The notes beneath the pieces were generated by a model. It had not been told where the DNA came from. It saw only the letters and a program-made list of their open reading frames with translations, and searched no databases. From contig CAVTHO010000005.1 in NCBI GenBank assembly GCA_963734545.1, positions 384,001 through 448,000 on the forward strand: 64,000 nucleotides of DNA, read 5' to 3'. Below are positions 26,767 to 37,702 of this stretch, piece after piece (position 1 is the stretch's first letter; each line of letters starts with the position of its first letter). The translations under genes were made by a program, and so were the position numbers. The DNA comes from an uncultured Spirochaetota bacterium. Its GTDB lineage: Bacteria > Spirochaetota > Spirochaetia > SZUA-6 > Fen-1364.

Positions 26767-27880
26767 ATGCCGGTCAGCGTCGAGCAGGTCGCGTCGAAAA
26801 AGCAGCTCAAGGAGTTCGTGATGCTCCCGTACCGGCTTTACCGCAACGACAAGAACTGGGTGCCGCAGCTCCTCATGGATGACTACAAGAAGCTGAACAG
26901 GAAGAAGAACCCCTTCTTTCAGCACGCGGAAGCCGAGTTTTTCATTGCGCGGCGCGACGGCGCGGCCGTGGGCCGCATCGCCTCCATTCATGACAGGATC
27001 TGGGAGGAGACTCACGGCGACAAGAGCGCGTACTGGGGCTGGTTCGAATGCATTGACGATGCGGAGGTCGCCAGGGCGCTTTTCACTGCCGCCTTCGACT
27101 GGGCCAGGAAGCGCGGGTGCGGCCGCATCATCGGCCCCATGAGCCCCAACGCAAACGATCTGATCGGGACCCAGGTGGAAGGCTTCGAAGGCTCGCCCGG
27201 TCATCCTGATGCCCTACAATCCCCCCTACTACGACAAGCTCATCCAGGGTTATGGCAACAGGAAATGGAAGGACCTCGTTGCATGGCTCATGGACAATCC
27301 GGACATTCCTGAGCGGCTTGCAAAGATCATGCCCCGCGTGCAGGCCAAGGGCGGGTTCACGATCCGCACGCTGAACATGAAGCAGTACAAAGAGGAGATC
27401 AACAGGTTCAACGCGCTGTACAACCAGTTCGAAAAGGTCAACGCGGTGTTCACACCGATGACGCTGGCGGAGATCGAGCTCATGGCAAATGACCTGAAGA
27501 TCGCGCTGGATCCCGATCTCATATTCTTTGCTGAGGTGGACGGCCAGCCGGTCGGCGTTTCGCTGACCATGCCGGACTTCAATGTGGCGTTCAAGGCGGC
27601 CAGGGGACGCCTGTTTCCTTTCGGCATTTTCCATCTTCTCACTGCCAAAAAGAAGACGCACCTTGTCCGCACCATCAGCATGGGTGTGCTGAAAGACTTC
27701 AGGAACAGGGGAATCGATCTCGCGTTCTACTATTACAGCTACAAGAACGGCGTGCCCAAGGGCTACGTCGCCGCCGAGATGTCCTGGGTGGAAGAGGACA
27801 ACGCGGCCATGACGAACACTGCGCTCAAGCTCGGGGGCAAACCGTACCGGAAGTACCGGGTCTACGAGCACGCCCTGTAA
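26767..27880 (+). CDS. YghO/bCerS-like GNAT-fold N-acyltransferase, one frameshift at about 27197
   Basis: EF..LPY.LY..D..WVP.L, KNPFF.H, VGRIA, G.FEC.DD, GP, MPYNP.YY, E.SWV.E.N..M, K.YRVY; removing one C from CCC 27196-27198 joins the two ORFs (EGSPVILMPYNP). Confidence 0.85.
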
Positions 27881-27904
27881 GACGATCTTCGTACGGAGAA
27901 CCGC

Positions 27905-28846
27905 ATGCCCGTCTCGACCGATGCCGTCATCGAAGTCCGCGATGTCTCGAAGAGCTACGGTCCGCTCCGGGCGGTGAACTGCCTGAGCTTTACGGTGGGG
28001 CGTTCCACCTGCGTGGGGCTCCTGGGGCCGAACGGGGCGGGGAAGACGACCATGATGAAAATGATCTATGCCAAGTGCCTCCGCGATCGGGGGACGGGCT
28101 CTTCTATCCTTGTTTTCGGTCACGACCCCGCGCGCAACGAGCTTGATATCAAGTTCCTCTCCGGTGTGGTTCCCCAGGAGGACAACCTCGACGAGGAGCT
28201 CGATGTCCGGCAGAACCTCTTCGTGTACGCGCGTCTCTATGGCATGCAGAAGCGCGCCGCCGGGCTGCGGATCGGCGAGCTGCTGGAGTTCATGGAGCTG
28301 GGAGAGAAACGGGCTGTGAAGATCAAGGAGCTGTCAGGAGGAATGAAGCGGAGGCTCATCATTGCCCGGGCGCTGCTCAACAGTCCGCGCCTTCTCATTC
28401 TCGATGAGCCGACCACCGGTCTTGACCCCCAGGTGCGGCACCTGATTTGGGACAAGCTGCGCCAGCTCAAGCGGGAGGGCCTGACGATCCTCCTGACCAC
28501 TCACTACATGGAAGAGGCTGCCCAGATCTGCGACTCGGTGCTCATCATGCACAAGGGGGTCAAGGTGATGGAGGGGGCACCGGCGCAGCTCGTGCGGACC
28601 CGGATCGAGCGCTACGTGATGGAGGCGCGTCATCGGGACTCTTTTCCCCGCGTCGCGGAGTTTCTCTCCGGCCTGCCGGTGCGGATGGATGCCGCGATGG
28701 ATTCCCTGCGTTTCTACTCCCCACAGGATGGCGCGCTTCGCGAGCTGGCTGCGCGGCTGGGCCCGGGTGAATACCAGTTCAGGGAGACCAATCTCGAAGA
28801 CCTTTTTCTCCAGGCAACGGGGAGCGCGCTCGGTGATCAGCAGTAG
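27905..28846 (+). CDS. NodI-like ABC-2 exporter ATPase
   Basis: GPNGAGKTT, GVVPQ.DNLD.EL, LSGGMKRRL.IARAL, DEPTTGLDPQ.RHLIW, TTHYMEEA. Confidence 0.92.
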   Translation: MPVSTDAVIEVRDVSKSYGPLRAVNCLSFTVGRSTCVGLLGPNGAGKTTMMKMIYAKCLRDRGTGSSILVFGHDPARNELDIKFLSGVVPQEDNLDEELDVRQNLFVYARLYGMQKRAAGLRIGELLEFMELGEKRAVKIKELSGGMKRRLIIARALLNSPRLLILDEPTTGLDPQVRHLIWDKLRQLKREGLTILLTTHYMEEAAQICDSVLIMHKGVKVMEGAPAQLVRTRIERYVMEARHRDSFPRVAEFLSGLPVRMDAAMDSLRFYSPQDGALRELAARLGPGEYQFRETNLEDLFLQATGSALGDQQ

Positions 28847-29615
28847 GACGCACCCTCCGTTCGCCGGCCGGGTCCTCGCCGTCTGGTACCGACACTACCG
28901 GGTCTATACAAAGAATCTCATCAGCAACGGTCTCCCGCCGTTCCTCGAGCCGCTCATTTTCCTGGCAGGAATCGGCCTGGGAATGGGAAAGTACGTGACC
29001 CGCATGGAGAACCTGCCCTACATCGTATTCCTGGCAACGGGGCTTCCCATCACGGCCGCGATGTTCACGGCTGCGTTCGAGTGCACGTTCGGGACTTTCA
29101 TCAGGCTGGAGTTCGACAAGGTATACGACGGGATGCTGGCCGCGCCCATTTCCGCCAACGACCTCCTGATCGGGGAAATACTCTGGGCGGGGACAAAGGG
29201 CCTTTTCTTCGCCCTGGCGGTCATCAGCGTCGAAGCGATCTTCGGGATCGTTCCGATGCCGCTCAGCCTTCTCTCGGGCATCGTCGGTTTTCTCACCGGA
29301 CTGATGTTCGCCACGATTGCCCTCCTTGTCACGTCCTTCGTCTCCACCATCAACCAGTTCAATTTCTTCTTCACCGGTTTCCTTTCGCCCATGTTCTTTT
29401 TCTCGGGCGTGGTCTTCCCCATCGACAACCTGCCGGCCGTTCTTCGGCCGGTGGCCGAGATCTTTCCCCTCACGCACTCCGTGCGCATGGCGCGCGCGCT
29501 CGACCTGGGCGTTGTGTCGAGCCAGCTCGCCATCGACCTCGCCTGTATTCTCGGTTTCACTGGTATCGCGGGCTATTTCGCCATTCGGCGGCTGAAAAGG
29601 AAGCTCATACAATAG
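28833..29615 (+). CDS. NodJ-like ABC-2 permease
   Basis: VW.R...Y, EPL.FL...G.G.G, PMFFFSG..FP...LP, PLTH.V; GTG 28833 overlapping the ATPase end. Confidence 0.9.
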   Translation: MISSRTHPPFAGRVLAVWYRHYRVYTKNLISNGLPPFLEPLIFLAGIGLGMGKYVTRMENLPYIVFLATGLPITAAMFTAAFECTFGTFIRLEFDKVYDGMLAAPISANDLLIGEILWAGTKGLFFALAVISVEAIFGIVPMPLSLLSGIVGFLTGLMFATIALLVTSFVSTINQFNFFFTGFLSPMFFFSGVVFPIDNLPAVLRPVAEIFPLTHSVRMARALDLGVVSSQLAIDLACILGFTGIAGYFAIRRLKRKLIQ

Positions 29616-31223
29616 ATGGACGGCGACTTCATTCTTTTCAACGGCAGCTTTCATACAATGGAGGCCGCGGCACCACGGGCCTCTGCCATTGCAGTCCGCG
29701 ACGGGCGCATCCACAGCGTGGGGGACCATGCGGGAGTGCGCGCCGCGGTGGGCGGCGCGCGAGGGACCCGGTCCCTGGATCTCCAGGGCAGATGCGTCCT
29801 GCCCGGGCTCACCGACTCCCACCTGCATTTCAAGTGGTTCGCGGAATCGCTTGCCGCGGTGGACGTGGAGACCGCGACGCTGGATGAGGCAGTTGCCCGG
29901 GTACGCGCGCGCGCCGAAGAGGCGGGGCCCGGCGCGTGGATCACCGGCAGCGGATGGAACCACAATGTATGGGGAACAGGTGCGCTGCCGAACCTCGGGC
30001 CGCTGGACAGGGCGGCGCCGCGCAATCCCGTTGCCCTCCAGGCCAAGAGCGGACACGCCCTCTGGGTGAACTACCCTGGCGCTGCAGAAGGCGGGTATCC
30101 GGCTGGAGACTCCTGACCCGGAAGGCGGAAAGATCGCGCACGGAAAGGACGGCATGCCTTCAGGAGTTCTTCTGGAAAACGCGACCGACCTCGTGCACGC
30201 CGTCATCCCGAAGCCCTCTCCGGCCGATCTCGCGCGTCTGATGCAAAAGGCCCAGGCTGCGGCCCACAGGCTCGGACTGACCGGCGTGCACGACTTCGAC
30301 AGCTCACTCGCGCTGCAGGCGGTTCGTCGAGCTGGAGAGCACGGGAGAGCTTGCCCTGCGGGTGCGTGAAGGGCATACCGCACGAGCACTTGTCCGCCGC
30401 CATTGCGCTGGGCATGCGCACGGGATTTGGCGGGGAGCTCCTCAGGCTCGGTCAGGTCAAGATGTTCGCCGACGGGGCGCTGGGGCCGCAGACGGCATGG
30501 ATGCTCGCCCCTTACGAGGGAAGCTGGGCAACCGGGATCCCGACCTTGAGCGAGGAACAGCTTTTTGCCGACATCCGCCGGGCAAACGAGGCGGGAATCG
30601 CCTGCGCCGTGCACGCCATTGGAGATGCGGCCTGTCACATGGTCCTGAACGCGTTCGAAAAGGCGCACGCGGCCTCCGGGGCCGGCGGGGTGCCGCGCGG
30701 GCTGCGGAATCGAATCGAGCACGTCCAGCTCCTGCACCCCGAGGACCTCGCCCGGCTTGCCCGGCTGGGGATCGTCGCCTCCATGCAGCCGCTGCATGCC
30801 ACCTCCGACATGTTGATTGCGGAACGCCACTGGGGCGCGCGCTGCGCGGGGGCCTACGCGTGGAGGTCGCTCCTGGATGCGGGCACCACGCTTGCCTTTG
30901 GCTCTGATTGCCCCGTGGAGATCCCTGACCCTCTTGCCGGCATCCACGCGGCCGTCACGCGCCGTCGTGCGGACGGGAGCCCCGGGCCCGGGGGGTGGCG
31001 GCCTGAGCAGAGACTGAGCGTGGAACAGGCCGTGCGCGCCTACACCGTGGGCGCGGCGTTCGCCGCCGGTCGGGAAAAGGAGCTGGGGTCCATCGCGCCG
31101 GGCAAGCTGGCCGATCTGACCGTGCTGGACCGCGACATCTTTTCAATCGATCCGCACGAGATTCGAAATACCAGGGTCAGTGCCACCGTGGTCGGAGGAA
31201 AGCTCGTCTACAGCGCCCTCTGA
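29616..31223 (+). CDS. YtcJ-like amidohydrolase (family 3), three +1 frameshifts (about 30072, 30321, 30364)
   Basis: VLPGL.DSHLH, GHALWVN, K.FADGALG..TA, HAIGD.A, RIEH.Q, ASMQP.H, FGSD.PV, G.I.PGKLAD; fragments join in frames 0, 1, 2, 0. Confidence 0.85.
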
Positions 31224-31283
31224 CATGAGGGGCGGAGACAGCGTGCCGGGCAGCGGGGCCATGCTTTTCCGCCTCTCCTCCCC

Positions 31284-31928
31284 ATGATAGAGTCATCCGC
31301 CATGGCCAGCGAGATTTTCACGATATTCCTTGCCGTGTTCATCGTGGTCGACCCTTTCGGAATAGTCCCGGTTTTCATTTCCCTCACTTCCTCTCTTCCG
31401 CCGGGACGCAAGCACATCACCATACTCAAGGCGATCAGCGTGGCCTTCGTCGTCCTGTGCGTGTTCATATTCACGGGCGGCGCAATACTGCGTTTTCTCG
31501 GCATCCAGCCGGGATCGTTCTTCATCGCGGGCGGGATCCTCATGTTCATCGTGTCCATGGACCTGCTCCTCGGTAAGCCGGGAAGGACCAAGACCTCCGG
31601 CGAGGAGAAGGGCGAGCAGCGTGACGACGTTTCGATCTTCCCGCTCGCCATTCCCATGCTGGCCGGGCCCGGCACGATCACCACTATCCTGCTCTACGCG
31701 AGCGAGGAGAAGATCCCCGGCTTCATCCTGCCCGTGCTGGTCGGCTCCGTGGCACTGGCCCTGGCATTCGCGGGGGTGACGATGTTTCTCAGCTCTTTCT
31801 TCCTGCGCGTCCTTGGCAGGACCGGTGTCTCGGTGATCGAGCGGATAATGGGAATCGTGCTCACCGGGCTCTCCGTGCAGTTCGTCTACGACGGCCTGTT
31901 GAAGCTGGGCGTCCTCACGGCACGCTGA
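31284..31928 (+). CDS. MarC family integral membrane protein
   Basis: VDPFG.VP.F, F.IAGGIL, FPLAIPMLAGPG.I, R.MG..L....VQ; start may be 31302. Confidence 0.92.
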   Translation: MIESSAMASEIFTIFLAVFIVVDPFGIVPVFISLTSSLPPGRKHITILKAISVAFVVLCVFIFTGGAILRFLGIQPGSFFIAGGILMFIVSMDLLLGKPGRTKTSGEEKGEQRDDVSIFPLAIPMLAGPGTITTILLYASEEKIPGFILPVLVGSVALALAFAGVTMFLSSFFLRVLGRTGVSVIERIMGIVLTGLSVQFVYDGLLKLGVLTAR

Positions 31929-31954
31929 TCCGCCTGACGGCGGCGCGCTGGTAT

Positions 31955-34612
31955 TCAGCCGGCGCGACGCTCCGCGAGAAAGCTCCCGAGATACCGCGCC
32001 GTGTGGGAGCCGGCCTGCACCCGGGCCACCTGCGCGGGAGTGCCCTGGGCCGCGATCCTGCCGCCGCCGTCGCCGCCCTCCGGCCCGAGGTCGATGATCC
32101 AGTCCGCCTCCGCAATGATGTCCAGGTTGTGCTCGACGATCACCACGGTATTGCCCGCGTCCACCAGGCGGTGAAGGACCCGCACCAGCTTTTCTACGTC
32201 CGCCATGTGCAGCCCGATCGTGGGCTCGTCCAGCACGTACAGGGTGCGCGCCGCCGCGCCGGACATGCCATGACGAGGCGGCGCACCTTCGGCAGGGACC
32301 CGCGCCTTTGCCAGCTCCGTGACGAGCTTGATGCGCTGCGCCTCACCGCCGCTCAGGGAGGGACTCTGCTGGCCGAGGGAAAGGTAGCCGAGACCCACCT
32401 GCTGCAGGAGTTGCAGCGCGTGGCGGATGCCGGGGTGGAAGTCGAAGTAGAGAGCCGCCTCGTCCACGCTCATGGCGAGCACCTCGGCGATGCTCTTGTC
32501 CCTGAAGCGCACGCTGAGTGTCTCCGAGTTGAAGCGGGCACCCTCGCACACGTCGCAGAGCACGCTCACGTCGGGCAGGAAGCTCATCTCGATCTTCTTC
32601 ATCCCCTGGCCTTCACACTCGTCGCACCTGCCGCCGGACACATTGAAGGAGAACCTGCTGGCCGTGTAGCCGCGCATCCGCGCTTCGTTGGAAGCGGCGA
32701 ACAGGCGCCGGATGTCGTCCCAGATGCCGACGTAGGTGGCAGGGCAGGACCGCGGGGTCTTCCCGATGGGCGTCTGGTCCACTTCGAGTACCCTGTCGAT
32801 CGCCTGCCACCCCTCGATGACGTCGCAGCCGTGGAGGGCTCCCGCCGGGGCCGGGCCTGTCCGCCTGCCCCGCGACTTTGACAGCAGGTGCCGGAGATTG
32901 CCGTACAGCACCTCGCGCACGAGGGTGCTCTTGCCGCTGCCGCTCACACCGGAAACGCAGGTCAGCCGTGCCAGGGGGATCGCGACCTCCAGCCCCTGCA
33001 GGTTGTGCAGCCGCGCGTTCCTGATGCGCAGGACCGCGCCTGCATCTTCCGGATCGAATTCAGGGCGGAGGGCTCTCCCGAGCAGGGGATGGCGGAGTGG
33101 GGCCTTCAGGAACCTGCCGGTGAGCGACGCGCGGCTTCGGATGATGGCGGACACGGTGCCGCTGGCAACCACGCGGCCTCCGTTCGGGCCGCCTCCGGGG
33201 CCGAGGTCCACCACATGTTCGGCCCTTCGGATGGTTTCCTCGTCGTGCTCCACCACGACGACGGTGTTGCCCTTTTTCCGCAGGGACTCCAGAGTGTCCA
33301 GCAGTACGCCGTTGTCACGGGCGTGGAGACCGATGGTCGGCTCGTCCAGGATGTAGCAGACCCCGCGAAGATTGGAGCCGAGCTGGGAGGCGAGCCGGAT
33401 GCGCTGTGCCTCCCCTCCGCTCAGCGTGGGGGCCGACCGGTCCAGGGACAGGTAAGTGAGACCGACGCTCCGCAGGAATTCGAGGCGCGAGAGTATCTCT
33501 GCAATGATGTCCCGCGCAATCTCCTGCTCGCGCCGCGAGAGGCGGAGCGCCTTCATCTCCCGCTCCATGCCTGCCACGGGGAGGTCCAGGTATTCCGCAA
33601 TGCTCTTCCCGCGGAATCTTACGGCAAGTGCCTCGGGCCTGAGGCGCTTCCCGTTGCAGGAGGGACAGGTTTTTTCCGGGCCGCCCCACCAGTCGTTCCA
33701 CCAGATCTCTTCCCCTGTCTGCTCGGCGTCGAACCCCGAGAGCTGGAGCCCCGTGCCATAGCAGGAAGGGCACCACCCGTGCTTCGAGTTGTAGGAGAAG
33801 AGCCGGGGGTCGAGCTCCTCGAAGCTTCGACCGCACCGGGGGCATGCGCGTTTCGTGGAAAAGACGGTCTCCTTGCCGGTGCCGCTTCCCCGAGAGGCAG
33901 CGACAACCCGGATGACGCCCTTTCCGAAATCAAGGCCGCGCGCGATCAGCTCGCGAAGGGTCTTCTCCCTTTCCGCCGAGACGATCTCCGAGCCCACGGG
34001 AAGCTCGATGGAGTGCTCCTTGAACCTTTCCAGCCGCGGCCACGCCGCCGTGGGAAGGAGCATGCCGTCCACCCGCAGCTGCGCGAACCCCTTACCCGCT
34101 GCCCATGCGGCCAGGTCCGTGTAGTAGCCCTTGCGCGCAGTAACGAGCGGGGAGAGAACGGTGACCTTCCTGCCCCGGTAGTCGGCGAGCACGCGCGCCA
34201 CAATGGCATCAGGGGTTTGCGGCTGGATGGGCACGCCGCACTCCGGGCAGTGCTGGACGCCGAGCTTCACGTACAGCAGGCGCAGGAACGGGGAGATTTC
34301 GGTGAGAGTGGCCACCGTGCTCTTTCTGCCGCCCCTGCTCGTGCGCTGTTCGATTGCGACCGTGGGCGGCAGGCCGTACACGCCGTCCACGTCGGGCCTG
34401 CGCGCCGGCTGCACGAACTGGCGCGCGTACGCATTCAACGACTCGAGGTAGCGGCGCTGCCCCTCGGCGAAGAGAATGTCGAAAGCGACCGTGCTCTTGC
34501 CGCTGCCGCTGACACCGGTGATGACGCTGAACACGTCGCGGGGAATGGACAGGTCGATGTTCTTGAGGTTGTGCTCCCGCGCGTGCCGGATGACGATGGC
34601 ATTGTCGCTCAC
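31955..34612 (-). CDS. uvrA: UvrA, C-terminal copy of a probable double-length UvrA
   Basis: AREHNLKN, GVSGSGKS, EGQRRYLES, Zn-finger CxxC pairs, two LSGGEAQR motifs; the upstream linker frame is open back to about 34740. Confidence 0.9.
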   Translation of the reverse strand: MSDNAIVIRHAREHNLKNIDLSIPRDVFSVITGVSGSGKSTVAFDILFAEGQRRYLESLNAYARQFVQPARRPDVDGVYGLPPTVAIEQRTSRGGRKSTVATLTEISPFLRLLYVKLGVQHCPECGVPIQPQTPDAIVARVLADYRGRKVTVLSPLVTARKGYYTDLAAWAAGKGFAQLRVDGMLLPTAAWPRLERFKEHSIELPVGSEIVSAEREKTLRELIARGLDFGKGVIRVVAASRGSGTGKETVFSTKRACPRCGRSFEELDPRLFSYNSKHGWCPSCYGTGLQLSGFDAEQTGEEIWWNDWWGGPEKTCPSCNGKRLRPEALAVRFRGKSIAEYLDLPVAGMEREMKALRLSRREQEIARDIIAEILSRLEFLRSVGLTYLSLDRSAPTLSGGEAQRIRLASQLGSNLRGVCYILDEPTIGLHARDNGVLLDTLESLRKKGNTVVVVEHDEETIRRAEHVVDLGPGGGPNGGRVVASGTVSAIIRSRASLTGRFLKAPLRHPLLGRALRPEFDPEDAGAVLRIRNARLHNLQGLEVAIPLARLTCVSGVSGSGKSTLVREVLYGNLRHLLSKSRGRRTGPAPAGALHGCDVIEGWQAIDRVLEVDQTPIGKTPRSCPATYVGIWDDIRRLFAASNEARMRGYTASRFSFNVSGGRCDECEGQGMKKIEMSFLPDVSVLCDVCEGARFNSETLSVRFRDKSIAEVLAMSVDEAALYFDFHPGIRHALQLLQQVGLGYLSLGQQSPSLSGGEAQRIKLVTELAKARVPAEGAPPRHGMSGAAARTLYVLDEPTIGLHMADVEKLVRVLHRLVDAGNTVVIVEHNLDIIAEADWIIDLGPEGGDGGGRIAAQGTPAQVARVQAGSHTARYLGSFLAERRAG

Positions 34613-37602
34613 GCCGGGAAGCAGGGCGCCCTTCGGGGCCGCCCGGGCGGAGCGCGTCGAACCCTTTTTCCCGCCGACGAGCGACCTGAATGCCGCCAGC
34701 CCCGAGGGCGCAGCGCTGCTCCGGTGCGGCTCTCCGCGCAGTCAGCCACCTGGCGCGGAGTTCCCACGCACACGATTCTCCCGCCCGCCTCACCGCCGTC
34801 AGGCCCCAGGTCGATGACCCAGTCGCAGGCGCGGATCACATCGAGATTGTGCTCGATGACTGCCACGGAATGACCGGCGTCGACCAGTTGACGGAACGCC
34901 CCGAGCAGTGTGGCGATGTCATCGAAGTGCAGTCCGGTGGTGGGCTCGTCGAACAGGAAGAGGCTTCCCCTGCCTGCGCTCCCTGCCGCGCGCTCACCCA
35001 GGTATCCGGCCAGCTTCAACCTCTGCGCCTCACCGCCGCTCAGGGTCGGCACCGGCTGGCCCAGGCTGACGTATCCCAGGCCCACGGCGGCAAGGGGGGC
35101 GAGGGCGGCGATCACCTCGGGCGCCTCGGAAAAGAACTCGCATGCCTCGGAGACGGTCATGTCGAGGACATCCGCGACGGACTTTGCCGCCGCACCGGGG
35201 GCGAAAGCCGAGGCGCCCGGCGGGAACAGGCGCACGTCCAGTATCTCCCGGCGGAAGCGCCGGCCGTCGCAGTCCGGGCAGCGAAGGTACACGTCGCTCA
35301 GGAACTGCATCTCGATGTGCTCGAACCCGCTGCCGCTGCAGGTGGGGCACCTGCCGTTTCCCGCATTGAAGCTGAACGTGCCTGCCGTGTAGCCGCGCTC
35401 GTGGGAAAGCGGCTCGGCGGCAAAGAGCTTCCTGATGACATCGAAGGCGCCCACGTAGCTGACGGGATTGGATCGCGCGGTCCTGCCGACGGGCGACTGG
35501 TCGACCATGACGACGTTCTGCACGAGGTCGTACCCCGTGATCTCCCTGTGCCTGCCCGGCGGGTCCGCAGGCTTGTGCTTGAGCGCGCGCAGCGCGTTGT
35601 ACAGCACGTCCTGCATCAGGGTGGACTTTCCCGAGCCGCTCACGCCGGTGATACCCACGAGCCTGCCCAGCGGGAGGTCGACGTCGATGGTCTTGAGGTT
35701 GTGCTCGGCCGCGCCGAGGATCCGGATGACCTGGCCCTCGGCAGGAGTGTCTGCGCTGCCGGGCTTTTTTCCCGCTGCCGGCTTCAGGATCTGCTTCGCC
35801 TTCCCCCGGTGGGTATGCGCCGGCTGAGCCGTGCGCGCCTGGACTTTCTTCTTCCCTGTCAGGTACTGCGCGGTAAGGGAACGCGTGCTCCGCAGGAGCG
35901 CGGACAGCTCGCCGAAAAACACCACCTGGCCGCCGTGCTCTCCCGCGCCCGGGCCCATGTCCAGCACCACGTCAGCGGCGCGGATCACATCCGGGTCATG
36001 CTCCACCACGACGATGGTGTTTCCTGCGTCACGCAGGCGGCAGAGCACATGGATCAGCTTGCCGATGTCGCGCGGGTGCAGCCCGATGCTCGGCTCATCC
36101 AGGACAAACAGGGCGTTGACCAGGGAAGTGCCCAGGGCTGTCGTGAGATTGATCCTCTGCACCTCACCGCCGCTCAGCGTGCGCGACTGCCTGTCCAGGG
36201 TCAGGTACCCCAGCCCCACGTCCACCAGGTAGCGCAGGCGGGTCCTGATCTCGGCGAGCAGCATGCCGGTCGCCTCGTCCAGCGGGGCGGGAAGCACGAT
36301 TCCTTCGAACAGCGCGAGGCACCTGTCGATGGGGAGGAGCATCACGTCGTGCACCGAGAGCTTCTCTTCCCCGATTCTCCAGAGAAGCGCCTGGGGCTTC
36401 AGGCGCGCCCCTCCGCAGGCAGGGCACGGCGTGTAGGCGCGATACTTGGAGAGAAGCACCCGTATGTGCATGCGGTAGCTCTTGGATTCCAGCCAGCCGA
36501 AAAAACGCCTTGCGCCGAACCAGACCCCGTCGTCCCAGTCTCCTTCCCCTTCGATGACCCAGGAGCGCTGCGCGGCGCTCAGATCCCGCCAGGGTATCTG
36601 CGTCGGGACTCCCCGCTTCCGGGCGCGGGAGATGAGCTCCTCCTGCACCTCCTTGAAGCTTTCGGTCTGCCACGGCCGGACGGCGCCCCCTGCCAGGCTC
36701 TTTGTGTCGTCAGGAATGACGAGGCCCCAGTCGATGCCGATGGTCCGTCCGAAACCGCGGCACGTCTCGCACGCGCCCAGCGGTGAGTTGAAGGAGAACA
36801 GGTTGGCTGAGGGATCGTCGTAGTGGATGTCGCAGAACGCGCAGTGCAGGTCGGACGAGAACCGCAGCTCCTCCCCCGGCTCTCCCGCGGCGTCCAGACA
36901 GTGCGCCGAAACCCGTCCCTGGCCGTACTTCAGCGCAGCCTCGACGTCCTCCACGATCCTTGCCCTGTTCTCCGGGTTGCTCGTGATCCGGTCCTGGATC
37001 ACCTCCAGCCTGCTTCCCTCCTTCCTGTGAATGCGGGTGTAGCCCTGTTTGGCCAGGAGCTCCTTCACCTCGTCTTCCGAAAAATTCTCGGGGACCGTGA
37101 TCGGGAACGTGATGATCAGCCGTCGTCCCTTCGGAAGGTGACCGGCGATGCTCTCCGGTGTGTCCCGGCGCACTTCCCGGCCGCAGTTCCCGCAGAACAG
37201 GCGTGTGGCGCGCGCGAAGAGCAGCTTCAGGTGGTCGTTGAGCTCCGTCATGGTTCCCACCGTGGAACGCGACGTGCGGACGGGGTTGGTCTGGTCGATG
37301 GCAATGGCGGGCGGGATTCCCTCGATTCGATCCACCCGGGGCTTGTCCATCCTGTCCAGGAACTGCCGTGTATAGGAGGAGAAAGTCTCCACGTAGCGGC
37401 GCTGACCCTCTGAGTAGAGGGTGTCGAACGCCAGGGATGACTTTCCCGATCCGCTCACTCCGGTGATCACGATGAGCTTCCGCAGGGGCAGCTTCAGGCT
37501 GAGATTCTTCAGATTGTTCTGGCGCGCGCCTTCAATGAGGATGAAGTCGTGGGGATAGCGGCCATGGCTTTTCGATGTCGGAGGCTTGCGGGCGGCGCTC
37601 AT
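34609..37602 (-). CDS. uvrA: UvrA, N-terminal copy of a probable double-length UvrA
   Basis: GARQNNLKN, GVSGSGKSSLAFDT, EGQRRYVETFS, two ABC signature motifs; Arg-rich tail looks off-frame; ATG 37602. Confidence 0.9.
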   Translation of the reverse strand: MSAARKPPTSKSHGRYPHDFILIEGARQNNLKNLSLKLPLRKLIVITGVSGSGKSSLAFDTLYSEGQRRYVETFSSYTRQFLDRMDKPRVDRIEGIPPAIAIDQTNPVRTSRSTVGTMTELNDHLKLLFARATRLFCGNCGREVRRDTPESIAGHLPKGRRLIITFPITVPENFSEDEVKELLAKQGYTRIHRKEGSRLEVIQDRITSNPENRARIVEDVEAALKYGQGRVSAHCLDAAGEPGEELRFSSDLHCAFCDIHYDDPSANLFSFNSPLGACETCRGFGRTIGIDWGLVIPDDTKSLAGGAVRPWQTESFKEVQEELISRARKRGVPTQIPWRDLSAAQRSWVIEGEGDWDDGVWFGARRFFGWLESKSYRMHIRVLLSKYRAYTPCPACGGARLKPQALLWRIGEEKLSVHDVMLLPIDRCLALFEGIVLPAPLDEATGMLLAEIRTRLRYLVDVGLGYLTLDRQSRTLSGGEVQRINLTTALGTSLVNALFVLDEPSIGLHPRDIGKLIHVLCRLRDAGNTIVVVEHDPDVIRAADVVLDMGPGAGEHGGQVVFFGELSALLRSTRSLTAQYLTGKKKVQARTAQPAHTHRGKAKQILKPAAGKKPGSADTPAEGQVIRILGAAEHNLKTIDVDLPLGRLVGITGVSGSGKSTLMQDVLYNALRALKHKPADPPGRHREITGYDLVQNVVMVDQSPVGRTARSNPVSYVGAFDVIRKLFAAEPLSHERGYTAGTFSFNAGNGRCPTCSGSGFEHIEMQFLSDVYLRCPDCDGRRFRREILDVRLFPPGASAFAPGAAAKSVADVLDMTVSEACEFFSEAPEVIAALAPLAAVGLGYVSLGQPVPTLSGGEAQRLKLAGYLGERAAGSAGRGSLFLFDEPTTGLHFDDIATLLGAFRQLVDAGHSVAVIEHNLDVIRACDWVIDLGPDGGEAGGRIVCVGTPRQVADCAESRTGAALRPRGWRHSGRSSAGKRVRRAPPGRPRRAPCFPA

Positions 37603-37702
37603 GTGCAGGGGGGGATTATTCAGCGTCGGGCGGGTTTGGGCAAGAGGGCCGGCCACGGGGACTCCGTGGCATTCGTGATCCGGTTAGGAGTATCATATCC
37701 TC

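Noticed and set aside
29616-31223. Programmed frameshifting or true pseudogenisation of the amidohydrolase
   Set aside because: No slippery heptamers, all catalytic motifs intact, and similar indels throughout the window favour sequencing error
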